From: Clostridiales bacterium | Lineage (GTDB): Bacteria; Bacillota; Clostridia; Lachnospirales; Lachnospiraceae | DNA: 64,000 nucleotides | Assembly (NCBI GenBank): GCA_021203365.1 | Contig: JAJQBI010000049.1 | Location: 63,383-127,382, forward strand | Reading direction: 5' to 3' | Shown: in pieces, positions 10,604 to 20,509 of the stretch | Layout: every line of letters starts with the position of its first letter | How positions within the stretch are numbered: the first letter of the stretch is position 1 | Made by a program: the position numbers and the translations under genes | The notes under the pieces: model-generated | Database searches by the model: none | What the model saw: the letters and a program-made list of their open reading frames with translations, nothing else | Told to the model about the DNA's origin: nothing

Positions 10604-11971
10604 ATGTTTATTGGTCGTGAGAAAGAGCTTGCTTTGATACAGGAGATACTTAATCAGCCAAAGGGAAGCATGATGATCTATGGTAAGCGCAAGATTGGCA
10701 AAACAACACTGCTTACCCATGCCCTGAAAGATCACACGGATAAGACTGTATATTATGAATGCCTGAAAGCGCCTATGAAGGATAACATTGATGGTTTTGT
10801 ATCTGTGCTCGTGCGGATGAAAGTGCTGCCTGTCGCCATGTCATTCGGCAGTTTTACGGATGTGTTTCTTTATCTGAACACGCTGCCTGAAACTCTGAAT
10901 ATCATCATTGATGAGTATCCTTACCTTAAGCAATTCACGCAAGCTGCGACAGTGGATTCTGTGTTTCAGAGTATCATTGATAATAACCTTGCCAATATTC
11001 GGTTGTTTATCTCCGGCTCTCATGTGGGCATGATGAAAGACCTGCTGGAGGAAAATAATGCGCTTTATGGCAGGTTCACGACAGTCATTTGTCTGAAAGA
11101 GCTGGATTATAAGACGGTTTCTGCTTTCTATCCGGAGAAAAGCCCTTATGACAAGGTTGGAATATACGCGGTTTTTGGCGGTTCGCCGTATATCAATGAA
11201 CTGCTGATACCTTCTGCATCTTTGAAAAAGAATGTGATACGCACAATTCTCAATCCGTCCAGTGCGGTCTATCACTACGCGGATAATCTGCTGTTGTCTG
11301 ATCTTTCAGTCAGCAGCAATATGGAGCGTATTTTGTTCGCCATTGCGAATGACAAAAAGAAATACACAGAGATTGAAGAAAAACTGGATATGACATCAAA
11401 TGGTTTGCTCAGTAAGCAAATGAAGACTCTGCTTAACATGGAACTGGTATCGAAGGTTGCCCCGATCAATAAACCAAACGACGCCCGAAAGACCCGCTAT
11501 GAGATCACTGATAATCTTTTAAGATTTTTCTACTGCTATGTTTACAGCAATAAGAGTGCGCTGCAGATGTTGGGAGCAGAAGCTTTTTATGAAGAGTATA
11601 TTGAGCCTTCACTGGTGACTTTTATTTCTCAACGGTTTGAAGACATCTGCCGCACCTGGTTTTCCATTCAGGTTCAAAATCGCAAACTGAAGGGTGTATT
11701 GAATATTGGCACTTATTATTACGACGATTCCAGAACCAGAACGCACGGCGAGTTTGATGTGGTTCTGCAAAGAAAAGATTCTTATGATGTATACGAAGTT
11801 AAGTATCTTTCGGCTTCGATGACTCAAAAACAGATGCAGGAGGAAGTCCGGCAGGTGTCTGCAATAAAAGGGATCAAGGTTGGAAAAATCGGATTTATTT
11901 CTATCAATGGTTTTGAGACAGACAACAATGATGGATATATCTGCCTGGATGGGACTGTGCTGTACCAGTGA
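10604..11971 (+). CDS. Archaeal-type AAA+ ATPase with DUF234-like region and C-terminal PD-(D/E)xK-like domain
   Basis: FIGREKEL, YGKRKIGKT, IIIDEYPY, FGGSPY, DNLLRFFY, GEFDVV...YEVKY. Confidence 0.85.
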   Translation: MFIGREKELALIQEILNQPKGSMMIYGKRKIGKTTLLTHALKDHTDKTVYYECLKAPMKDNIDGFVSVLVRMKVLPVAMSFGSFTDVFLYLNTLPETLNIIIDEYPYLKQFTQAATVDSVFQSIIDNNLANIRLFISGSHVGMMKDLLEENNALYGRFTTVICLKELDYKTVSAFYPEKSPYDKVGIYAVFGGSPYINELLIPSASLKKNVIRTILNPSSAVYHYADNLLLSDLSVSSNMERILFAIANDKKKYTEIEEKLDMTSNGLLSKQMKTLLNMELVSKVAPINKPNDARKTRYEITDNLLRFFYCYVYSNKSALQMLGAEAFYEEYIEPSLVTFISQRFEDICRTWFSIQVQNRKLKGVLNIGTYYYDDSRTRTHGEFDVVLQRKDSYDVYEVKYLSASMTQKQMQEEVRQVSAIKGIKVGKIGFISINGFETDNNDGYICLDGTVLYQ

Positions 11972-12112
11972 GTGCATATGGCTGCGCGGCTTGCTCCGGT
12001 CCCACATGACATCTGGAATCATCATCATACTTTTCCGAAGTCATTCATATCTATAAAAAGGAAAGACCTGTCACGAAAAAATCTGCCGGTGCAAAACAGG
12101 AGGACCTGTATT

Positions 12113-13129
12113 ATGAATGATTTCGGCCTGTCAACCCTTGAGCAGTATTCTCTCACTGTGCAATCCACCTCCCGAACCAGAGGAGCGCTCCTTGTCCGCA
12201 CAGACCAGGCGGTCTATCTTCTGCGGGAGTTCCATGGATCTGAAAAAAAACTGGCTGTGCAGCAGGAACTTCTCCTGCGCCTGAAATCAGACGGATGTCT
12301 GACAGACCCCTGCCTGGAGAACAATTCTCAGAGTCTTGTCACCAGAAATGCGGACGGGGTTCCCTACACACTCCGGGAGTGGTATGACGCCCGGGAATGC
12401 GACCCGAAATCCAGGGAGGATATTCTGAAAAGCGTGCGAACCCTGGCCAGAATACATACCTGTATGAGGCTTTCTTCCGGAGAAGGCTACTGCGAGAAAT
12501 CTCTGACGGAGGAGTATGTCCGCCATAACCGGGAGCTTCGCAGAATCCGCAGGTTTATCCGCGCAAGCGGGGCTTCCGGCGTCTTTGAAAAGCAGTATCT
12601 GTCCAGTGTGGAGTGGTTCCTGGAGCAGGGGGAGAAGGCCCTTGCCCTTTTAAATTCCTCAGACTATGAGAGTCTTCGGTGGAAAGCGCTGGAAAAGGGA
12701 ACCGTCTGTCATGGGGAATTTACACAGCACAATGTTCTGCTGCCAAAGGACAGGAGTATGGCGGCCGTTACCAATTTCGGCCACTGGTGCTTTGGAATTC
12801 AGATTTCGGATCTTTACTGCTTTATGCGCAAGCTTCTGGAAAAATACAACTGGAATCTGAAGCTGGCCCGGGAGATGCTCCAGGCTTATCACGAAATCCG
12901 CCCCATCACCCCCGCGGAGTGGGAAAATCTGAAGATCCGCTTTACCTATCCGGAAAAATACTGGAAGCTTTCCAATTATTATTACACCCATAATAAGGCC
13001 TGGATTTCCGGTAAAAATATCCAGAAGCTGAAAAATCTCACAGATCAGAAGGAGGCCTGGGCGGAATTCCCGGAAAAGTGCTTTGGAAGCCAGATTTCTC
13101 CTTTAAATTTTCAGGGAAATGGTATATAA
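12113..13129 (+). CDS. cotS: CotS-family spore coat protein (kinase-like fold)
   Basis: AGGAGG RBS; CHGEFTQHN, SDLYCFMRK, YPEKYWK; possible SigE-like promoter TCATAC..CATATCTA at 12025-12053. Confidence 0.8.
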   Translation: MNDFGLSTLEQYSLTVQSTSRTRGALLVRTDQAVYLLREFHGSEKKLAVQQELLLRLKSDGCLTDPCLENNSQSLVTRNADGVPYTLREWYDARECDPKSREDILKSVRTLARIHTCMRLSSGEGYCEKSLTEEYVRHNRELRRIRRFIRASGASGVFEKQYLSSVEWFLEQGEKALALLNSSDYESLRWKALEKGTVCHGEFTQHNVLLPKDRSMAAVTNFGHWCFGIQISDLYCFMRKLLEKYNWNLKLAREMLQAYHEIRPITPAEWENLKIRFTYPEKYWKLSNYYYTHNKAWISGKNIQKLKNLTDQKEAWAEFPEKCFGSQISPLNFQGNGI

Positions 13130-13206
13130 TGAAACAAGGACTTCGGGCGTTTTTCTAAAGGAACGCCCTCAACAGAAAATATAATGTTCAGGGAGGTACT
13201 GACCTT

Positions 13207-14940
13207 ATGGAGTACAAGGAAATTTATGAGCAGTGGCTTGCAAACCCCTACTTCGACGAAGGAACGAAGGAAGAATTAAAAGCCATCGCGGACGACGAAA
13301 ATGAGATCAAAGAACGTTTTTACATGGATCTGGAATTTGGCACGGCGGGTCTGCGCGGAATCATCGGTGCGGGGACCAACCGTATGAACATTTATGTAGT
13401 GAGGCGCGCCACTCAGGGACTGGCCAATTATATCCTGAAGGTAGGCAAGGAGAAGCAGGGCGTGGCGATCGCCTACGATTCCCGTCATATGTCTCCGGAA
13501 TTTGCCCAGGAAGCGGCTCTGTGCCTGGCGGCCAACGGAATTAAGGCCTATATTTTTGAATCCCTTCGTCCAACTCCCGAGCTTTCCTATGCGGTACGCC
13601 ATCTGGGCTGCACGGCGGGAATCAATGTGACTGCCAGCCATAATCCGCCGGAATATAATGGATATAAGGTATACTGGGAGGACGGCGCGCAGATCACACC
13701 GCCCCATGACAAGGGAATCATGGGAGAGGTGAAGGCCATCTCAGACTGGAATACGGTGAAGACCATGGAGAAGGCGGACGCCGAGAAGGCCGGACTTTTT
13801 GAGGTGATCGGACAGGCAATTGATGATGATTATATGGCTGAGCTGAAGAAACAGGTTCTTCATATGGATGCCATTCTGGCGGAGGGGAAGAACCTGAAGA
13901 TTGTGTACACGCCTCTTCACGGAACCGGAAATATTCCTGCCAGAAGAATTCTCCGGGAGCTTGGATTTGAGAATGTCTATGTAGTGCCTGAGCAGGAGCT
14001 GCCCGACGGGGATTTCCCCACAGTCAGCTATCCCAACCCGGAGGCCGCGGAGGCCTTTACCCTTGGACTTAAACTGGCGAAGGAGATCGATGCGGATCTG
14101 GTTCTCGCCACAGATCCGGACGCGGACCGTCTTGGAGTTCGTGTGAAGGATAAGAACGGCGAATACCACGACCTTACCGGAAACATGTCCGGATGCCTTC
14201 TGGCCAACTATGAGATCGGTCAGAGAAAAGCCATCTGCGGTGAGCTTCCGGAAGACGGCGCCCTGATCAAGACCATTGTGACATCCAATCTGGCGGACGC
14301 CATTGCCAGAGGTTATGGCGTAAATCTGATTGAGGTGCTTACCGGGTTTAAGTTTATCGGACAGCAGATCCTTGGATTTGAGAACAGCGGGAAGGGTACA
14401 TATCTTTTCGGCTTTGAGGAGAGCTATGGCTGTCTGATCGGCACCTATGCCCGGGACAAGGATGCCATTGTGGCCACCATGGCCCTCTGCGAGGCGGCCG
14501 CTTATTATAAGACCCAGGGAAAGACTCTGTGGGATGCCATGATTGATCTTTACGAGCAGTATGGGTACTATAAAGATGCCATTCAGTCCGTAAGTCTGAA
14601 GGGCATTGAGGGGCTGCAGAAGATTCAGGACATCATGAATACGCTTCGTCAGAATCCGCCCGCAGAATTCGCCGGATATAAGGTGACGGTGACGAGAGAT
14701 TACAAGGAGGATGTGGTGAAGGATCTGGCTACCGGAGAGACCCGTTCCACCGGACTTCCCAGCTCCAATGTTCTCTATTATGAGCTGACAGACGACGCAT
14801 GGCTCTGTGTGCGTCCCTCCGGAACCGAGCCCAAGGTGAAATTCTATTACGGCGTGAAGGGAACCTCCCTTGAGGACGCGGATAAGAAGTCCGTGGAGAT
14901 GGGAGAGTCCGTACTCGCTCTGGTAAATTCCATGCTGTAA
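13207..14940 (+). CDS. pgm: Phosphoglucomutase / phospho-sugar mutase
   Basis: FGTAGLRG, TASHNP, DPDADR, FEESYG, RPSGTEPK. Confidence 0.93.
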   Translation: MEYKEIYEQWLANPYFDEGTKEELKAIADDENEIKERFYMDLEFGTAGLRGIIGAGTNRMNIYVVRRATQGLANYILKVGKEKQGVAIAYDSRHMSPEFAQEAALCLAANGIKAYIFESLRPTPELSYAVRHLGCTAGINVTASHNPPEYNGYKVYWEDGAQITPPHDKGIMGEVKAISDWNTVKTMEKADAEKAGLFEVIGQAIDDDYMAELKKQVLHMDAILAEGKNLKIVYTPLHGTGNIPARRILRELGFENVYVVPEQELPDGDFPTVSYPNPEAAEAFTLGLKLAKEIDADLVLATDPDADRLGVRVKDKNGEYHDLTGNMSGCLLANYEIGQRKAICGELPEDGALIKTIVTSNLADAIARGYGVNLIEVLTGFKFIGQQILGFENSGKGTYLFGFEESYGCLIGTYARDKDAIVATMALCEAAAYYKTQGKTLWDAMIDLYEQYGYYKDAIQSVSLKGIEGLQKIQDIMNTLRQNPPAEFAGYKVTVTRDYKEDVVKDLATGETRSTGLPSSNVLYYELTDDAWLCVRPSGTEPKVKFYYGVKGTSLEDADKKSVEMGESVLALVNSML

Positions 14941-15056
14941 AATACACGGAAAAGGCCCGGCAGAGGGGAGCCGATCTGTCTGCCGGACATGGTGTTTGCC
15001 AGACTGTGAAAAATATCCGGGAAACTGTGAAATAATCCGAATATCCGGGAAAAACC

Positions 15057-15085
15057 TTGACAATGCGGGGGAAAAGGTATATATA
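15057..15085 (+). promoter_or_regulatory. SigA promoter of hup
   Basis: TTGACA-17 bp-TATATT. Confidence 0.7.
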
Positions 15086-15155
15086 TTATACGGTAGCCTG
15101 ACTCCGGCAGGCATTAAATGAGAGGTAAGAACTATATTTACGAGGAGGAAACACC

Positions 15156-15434
15156 ATGAACAAAACAGAGCTCATCTCAGCGATGGCGAAAGAGACGAAT
15201 CTCGCGAAGAAAGATGTTGAGGCAGTTTTGAAGTCCTTTATTGATGTTGTATCGGATGAATTAAAGAATGACGGCAAGGTTCAGCTTGTTGGTTTCGGCA
15301 CCTTTGAGGTCGGCACAAGAGCTGCGAGAGAGGGCAGGAATCCTCAGACAGGTGAGACCATGACCATTGAGGCCTCCAGGGCTCCGAAGTTTAAAGCCGG
15401 CAAAGCTCTGAAGGATGCGGTAAACGGCAGATAA
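15156..15434 (+). CDS. hup: DNA-binding protein HU
   Basis: MNKTELI, GFGTF, GRNPQTGE, PKFKAGKALK. Confidence 0.97.
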   Translation: MNKTELISAMAKETNLAKKDVEAVLKSFIDVVSDELKNDGKVQLVGFGTFEVGTRAAREGRNPQTGETMTIEASRAPKFKAGKALKDAVNGR

Positions 15435-15537
15435 TCAGAACAGTGACATCAGGGGGAACGGGAAGGTTCCCCCTTCTTTGTGTGATGCAGGGTCAAATAC
15501 TTTTGCACAACATCTTTTAATTTTGAAAGGGAAAAAT

Positions 15538-15777
15538 ATGCGTCTGGATAAATTTTTAAAGGTATCCCGGCTGATCAAGCGGCGTACGGTGGCGAATGAG
15601 GCCTGTGACGCGGGGCGGGTTCTGGTGAACGATCGTCCGGCCAGGGCCTCCGCACCTGTGAAGGCCGGGGACAGGATTGAAATTCAGTTTGGAAGCCGGA
15701 ATGTCCGGGTGGAGGTCCTGGATGTGAAGGAAACCGTAAAAAAAGAAGAGGCGGAGAGTCTGTACCGCTATCTTTAA
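15538..15777 (+). CDS. yabO: S4-domain RNA-binding protein YabO/RqcP
   Basis: MRLDKFLKVSRLIKRRTVANEAC; position between hup and yabP. Confidence 0.9.
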   Translation: MRLDKFLKVSRLIKRRTVANEACDAGRVLVNDRPARASAPVKAGDRIEIQFGSRNVRVEVLDVKETVKKEEAESLYRYL

Positions 15778-15839
15778 TGGTCTAATCGGTTGCCTTTCCA
15801 CATAAACTGAAAAAGAAGTTTTCCCACCGGAGGCCGGAT

Positions 15840-16121
15840 TTGGAAGAAAGAAAAACAATTGCGCACCACAGACTGACTCTGGAGAAAAGGATGTCCGGAA
15901 CGGTCACCGGGGTCCGGGATGTGAGCTCCTTTGACGAGAAAGAGATTCTCCTTCTGACAGAAGAAGGGAAGCTCCTGGTGAAAGGAGAAAGCCTCCATGT
16001 GAAGCAGCTGGATCTGGAAAAGGGAGAGGTCTGGCTGGAGGGGCGCGTGGACAGTCTGCAGTATATTTCCAAAAACGCAGGCAGGGCGGATGAGTCTTTT
16101 CTTAAGAGGATGTTCCGGTAG
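15840..16121 (+). CDS. yabP: Sporulation protein YabP
   Basis: VTGVRDVSSFDEKEI, GESLHVKQLDLEKG; GGAGG RBS with TTG start. Confidence 0.9.
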   Translation: MEERKTIAHHRLTLEKRMSGTVTGVRDVSSFDEKEILLLTEEGKLLVKGESLHVKQLDLEKGEVWLEGRVDSLQYISKNAGRADESFLKRMFR

Positions 16122-16124
16122 ATC

Positions 16125-16619
16125 GTGAGCGCGTATATGCGTCAGGAAACGCTGCAGTTTTTCTGGTCGATCTGCGCGGGTGTGGTTCCGGTGGGGGTGT
16201 ACTGTGTTCTGAAGGCTTTTCGAAATGTTTTTTCCCATTCCTCCTTTTGGATTGCCCTGGAAGACCTGCTGTTCTGGATCGCCGCAGCCCTGTTTGCCTT
16301 CGCAGCTGTCTACCGGTTAAATCAGGGAAGTCTGCGGTGGTTTCTCCTTTTTGCCATGCTTCTGGGAGCCGTTCTGTCCGGCCTTGTCCTTGCGCCTGCT
16401 TTTACCGCGATTCTGACATGGATCCTGAAAATCCCTGCCGCTGCTGTCAAAAAAATGATAAAGAGGTTGATATTTTCCGGCAGAAGATGTAAAATCTGGA
16501 TAGATCGACTCGCAGCAAGTCCCACAGGAGCGTGCGGAAGTCGAAACCGGAAGAGAAGAGGGAGCAGACAGAGTGGGAAAATCACGGAAAAAAGCTGTGA
16601 AAAAAAAGAAAAAAAATAG
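16125..16619 (+). CDS. yabQ: Spore cortex biosynthesis protein YabQ
   Basis: Hydrophobic; EDLLFW and NQGSLRWF motifs; synteny. Confidence 0.8.
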   Translation: MSAYMRQETLQFFWSICAGVVPVGVYCVLKAFRNVFSHSSFWIALEDLLFWIAAALFAFAAVYRLNQGSLRWFLLFAMLLGAVLSGLVLAPAFTAILTWILKIPAAAVKKMIKRLIFSGRRCKIWIDRLAASPTGACGSRNRKRRGSRQSGKITEKSCEKKEKK

Positions 16620-16884
16620 TTATTCCGCCATGCTGTGCATCGCCGGGATCGCCCTTGCATTAATGATAACCCTTATGTTTCAGAGTCATCAGCTGGAGAA
16701 TAAGCTGGCGTCTTATGAGGCGAGGGCCGCCGAGCTGACGGAATCCATAGAGGAGGAAGAAGCCCGCACAGAAGAGATCAGCGAGCTGAAGGAATACATG
16801 ACGACCGAGGAGTACGCGGAGGAAGTGGCCAGAGAGAAGCTGGGGCTTGTAAAGGAAAATGAGATTGTATTCGAGGAAGAATAA
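16573..16884 (+). CDS. divIC: Septum formation initiator DivIC/FtsB family
   Basis: Basic N-terminus, one TM, coiled coil, EEVAREKLGLV. Confidence 0.85.
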   Translation: MGKSRKKAVKKKKKNSYSAMLCIAGIALALMITLMFQSHQLENKLASYEARAAELTESIEEEEARTEEISELKEYMTTEEYAEEVAREKLGLVKENEIVFEEE

Positions 16885-16994
16885 GACATTTTTTGGCGAA
16901 AAGTTTTAAGAAATTTTCGCCGGTGTTTGACAGATATTTCAGAACCCTGCCCTTATACTTGACTTTCAGCAGAAGGTGAAGGGGAGGGGAGAAT

Positions 16995-18485
16995 ATGCAG
17001 GAATGGATCGTTGCCATGCTCGTAATCAGTATTTTACTGATTTTCCGGGACATGGCAAAAACTATTTTGGCGCGAAGAACCAGGACAGAGGCCGGTCTTC
17101 TGGCAGGGGAGGAGCATCCCCAGAAGGAAAGAATCATACAGTATGCCCAGTCCTTCCGGAAGCTGGCGGACACCTTTTACGGCATGCCTTACCGCAGGGA
17201 TTATCTGAGCAGCGGTCAGGTGAACCGCATTCTCGCGCAGACCCGGGAGCAGGTCTGTGAGAGATGTTTTCAGAACAGCCTCTGCTGGGGAGAACGGTCA
17301 TCGGAGATGGCCCGGGGCGGAGAAGCCCTTATCCGTACTCTGGAAGAGGGAGAAGAGGAAAGGGTGCAGGAGATCCGCGGCTCCTGGATGAGTGTGTGCG
17401 GACATTCCGGGCAGTTCTGGCAGGAACTCTGTGTTCTTTTCCGGGAGGAGAGACAGAACCTGGTGTGGGACAACCGGATGATTGAAAATCGCCTGGCTGT
17501 GGCTCAGCAGCTGACAGAGACCTCCCGGATTCTGGAGAGAGCTGCGGAGAATCTGTACGATCTGACCCCGGCCGGGGCCGATTTTCAGAAGGAGCTTTCC
17601 CGGCGGCTGGGCAGACGGCATGTGATCCTGAAAAACGCGTGGATGATGGAACGGACAGAGGGACGGCGCCAGGTTTTTCTCAGCCTGCGGGCCAGAAGCG
17701 GTCAGTGTGTGGCGGTGACAGAGGTAGCCCGGATCCTGTCGGACATCTGCGGCATGGATATGGCGCCTGTGCAGGGAGGCAGAAGCATTGTAAACGGAGA
17801 CTTTCATATGCTCCATTTCGTGGAGGATGTGAGCTATCAGCTTCTCTATGGGGTGGCAAGACTTACCAGAGAGCAGGAAAAGGTTTCCGGGGATAATTAT
17901 ATCTGCCGTCAGGAGGAAAACGGGAAATTTTTTCTGTGTCTGTCCGACGGGATGGGTTCGGGCATGGAAGCCTTTCGGGAAAGCGAGACCGTGGTGGAGC
18001 TTCTGGAGCAGTTTATGGAATCCGGTTTTACCCCGGAGACCGCGGCGAAAATGGTAAATTCCGCGCTGGTTCTTGGCGGGAGGGAAGGAATGTTTTCCAC
18101 TGTGGATATCTGCGCGGTGGATCTGTATACGGGAATCTGTAATTTTCTTAAGGCGGGAGCTTCCTCCACCTTTATCAAAAGAGATCACTGGGTAGAGGCC
18201 ATTTCTTCGGAAAGCCCGGCGGCCGGGCTGGTTCAGCAGGCGGAGTTTGATATGGCCTCCAGGAAGCTGTACCATGGGGATTACCTCATTATGATGACCG
18301 ACGGGGTTCTGGACGCTCTTCCGGAGGACCGGGAGGAGGAGACGATGAAGGAAATCATTCTGGATATCCGGGACGACACGCCAAAAGAGATCAGCCGGGG
18401 GATTCTTGAACGGGTGCTGGGGTACAGCGATTACCGGGCAAAGGACGATATGACGGTGGTGGCCGCCGGCCTGTGGAAAAAATAA
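16995..18485 (+). CDS. spoIIE: Stage II sporulation protein E-like PP2C phosphatase (short form)
   Basis: CxxCxxxxxCW, SGDNY, LSDGMGSG, MTDGV, DDMTV; position between divIC and tilS. Confidence 0.85.
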   Translation: MQEWIVAMLVISILLIFRDMAKTILARRTRTEAGLLAGEEHPQKERIIQYAQSFRKLADTFYGMPYRRDYLSSGQVNRILAQTREQVCERCFQNSLCWGERSSEMARGGEALIRTLEEGEEERVQEIRGSWMSVCGHSGQFWQELCVLFREERQNLVWDNRMIENRLAVAQQLTETSRILERAAENLYDLTPAGADFQKELSRRLGRRHVILKNAWMMERTEGRRQVFLSLRARSGQCVAVTEVARILSDICGMDMAPVQGGRSIVNGDFHMLHFVEDVSYQLLYGVARLTREQEKVSGDNYICRQEENGKFFLCLSDGMGSGMEAFRESETVVELLEQFMESGFTPETAAKMVNSALVLGGREGMFSTVDICAVDLYTGICNFLKAGASSTFIKRDHWVEAISSESPAAGLVQQAEFDMASRKLYHGDYLIMMTDGVLDALPEDREEETMKEIILDIRDDTPKEISRGILERVLGYSDYRAKDDMTVVAAGLWKK

Positions 18486-18537
18486 GAGGATCCGGCGAGT
18501 CCTTCCGGAATTTGAAAATAAATGAGGGGATCTGGGG

Positions 18538-19965
18538 ATGTACCGGAGAGTAAGGGAGTTTATACAGAAATTTAAAATGATCGAAAGGGGCGACACGGTC
18601 GTTGCCGGCGTGTCCGGAGGAGGAGATTCCATGGCCATGCTCTCTCTGCTGCTTCAGTACAGGGAGGAGATTCCCTTTTCCCTCCGGGTGGTGCATGTAC
18701 ACCATGGGATCCGGGGAGCAGAGGCGGACCGGGACCGGGATTTTGTGAAAAAATACTGTGAAGACCGGGGGATTTCCTGCGCGGTGCATCACTATGACGT
18801 GCCCGGGCTGGCCCGGCAGTGGGGGATGGGGACGGAGGAAGCCGGGCGGATTGTCCGGCGCAGGGCCTTTGCCGAAGAGGCAGCCGACCTTCCGGCGCAA
18901 ACACGGATTGCTCTGGCCCATCACCGGGATGATCTGGCAGAGACCATGCTGCACAATCTGGCCCGGGGAACCGGGATCCGGGGGCTGACCGGCATCGCTG
19001 CCGTGCAGGACGGGGTTATCCGCCCGCTTCTGTGCCTGGAAAAGCGGGAGATTGCTCTTTATCTCCGGGAAAAAAGCGTGCCTTTTCTGGAGGACAGTAC
19101 CAATCTGGAGGATCAGTATACCAGAAACCGCATTCGCCATCATGTGCTGCCGGCTCTGGAGGAGGTAAACAGCCGGGCGGTCGCCCATATGGCGGAAACG
19201 GCACAGGTTCTTTGCCAGGCACAGGAGTATCTGGAGGAGCAGAGCCGGATCCTGCTGAAAAAAGGCCGGAAAGCTTCCGGAAGCTTCTTTTTTTCGGAGG
19301 ATTTTTTCGGTCAGGCGGTTATTTTAAAAGAATATGGGATTCTTCTGGCGATGGAGGAACTCTCCGGGCAGAGGAAGGATCTGTCGGCGGTTCATGTGCG
19401 GCAGGTACTGGAGCTGTGGGAAAAACAGACCGGCCGGAGGATTACTCTTCCCTATGGCCTGGAGGCGGTTCGAGGATACGGGGGCGTATACCTGCGCAAG
19501 GGGGAAACTGGACAGGAGACAGACAAGGAGAGCCTCGAATCAAAAAGACGGTCCTGTGTCCGGAAATCCGGGGAAAATTCCTGGTTTCTGCCGGTTCCGG
19601 GAGAGCTGAAATGTCCGCTGGGAACCTTTCGCACAGAAATTTTCTCCTGGAAAAACCAGAAGATCGAAGAAAAAAAGTATACGAAATGGCTGGATTATGA
19701 TAAAATAGAAGGAAGTCTGAACATTCGGACAAGAAAAGAAGGAGACTATATGGCGGCGGACCGGGAGGGAAGACATAAGAAGCTTACCCGTGTCATGATC
19801 GACCGGAAAATTCCAGGGAAGGAGCGGGATCATATACCTCTCGTGGCTGCGGGGCAGGAGATTCTCTGGATTGCCGGCGACCGGATGAACGATCGTTACC
19901 GGATTACCGGGGAAACCCGGAGAGTGCTGCAGGTGCAATATACAAAGGAGGATTTAAGGCAGTGA
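18538..19965 (+). CDS. tilS: tRNA(Ile)-lysidine synthetase
   Basis: SGGGDS PP-loop, AHHRDDLAET, IRPLL, RNRIRH. Confidence 0.95.
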   Translation: MYRRVREFIQKFKMIERGDTVVAGVSGGGDSMAMLSLLLQYREEIPFSLRVVHVHHGIRGAEADRDRDFVKKYCEDRGISCAVHHYDVPGLARQWGMGTEEAGRIVRRRAFAEEAADLPAQTRIALAHHRDDLAETMLHNLARGTGIRGLTGIAAVQDGVIRPLLCLEKREIALYLREKSVPFLEDSTNLEDQYTRNRIRHHVLPALEEVNSRAVAHMAETAQVLCQAQEYLEEQSRILLKKGRKASGSFFFSEDFFGQAVILKEYGILLAMEELSGQRKDLSAVHVRQVLELWEKQTGRRITLPYGLEAVRGYGGVYLRKGETGQETDKESLESKRRSCVRKSGENSWFLPVPGELKCPLGTFRTEIFSWKNQKIEEKKYTKWLDYDKIEGSLNIRTRKEGDYMAADREGRHKKLTRVMIDRKIPGKERDHIPLVAAGQEILWIAGDRMNDRYRITGETRRVLQVQYTKEDLRQ

Positions 19966-20486
19966 GTGAAAAAATCAGAGTTCTGATCAGCGAAGAAAAG
20001 GTGGAACAGCGTATTCAGGAAATCGCCGATGAGATCAACCGGGATTACGCGGGAAGGGAAATTCACATGATTTGCGTGCTGAAGGGCGCCGTCTTTTTTA
20101 TGTGTGAGCTTTCCAAACGGATTACGGTTCCTGTGTCCCTGGACTTTATGTCCGTATCCAGCTATGGGGACGATACCAAATCCAGCGGAGTGGTGAAGAT
20201 TATAAAGGATCTGGATCAGCCTCTTGAGGGGAAGGATGTCCTTGTGGTGGAGGATATCATAGATTCCGGAAGAACCCTCAGTTATCTGCTTCGGATTCTG
20301 AAGGAACGGCATCCCTACAGCATAAGGCTGTGCACACTTCTGGACAAGCCGGACCGGAGAGTCACTGCTGTGGATGTGGACTACAGCTGCTTTCAGATAC
20401 CGGATGAATTTGTAGTGGGTTATGGTCTGGACTATATGCAGAAATACAGAAACCTTCCGTACATCGGAGTGGTGGAGTTTGAATAA
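19962..20486 (+). CDS. hpt: Hypoxanthine phosphoribosyltransferase
   Basis: [22 protein letters not shown]. Confidence 0.96.
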   Translation: MSEKIRVLISEEKVEQRIQEIADEINRDYAGREIHMICVLKGAVFFMCELSKRITVPVSLDFMSVSSYGDDTKSSGVVKIIKDLDQPLEGKDVLVVEDIIDSGRTLSYLLRILKERHPYSIRLCTLLDKPDRRVTAVDVDYSCFQIPDEFVVGYGLDYMQKYRNLPYIGVVEFE

Positions 20487-20509
20487 TACCAGAAGGGAGT
20501 TTTAACCAA

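Noticed and set aside
15003-15055. Short direct repeats ACTGTGAAA and AATATCCGGGAAA upstream of the hup promoter
   Set aside because: Look like local slippage; no further support for a regulatory role.
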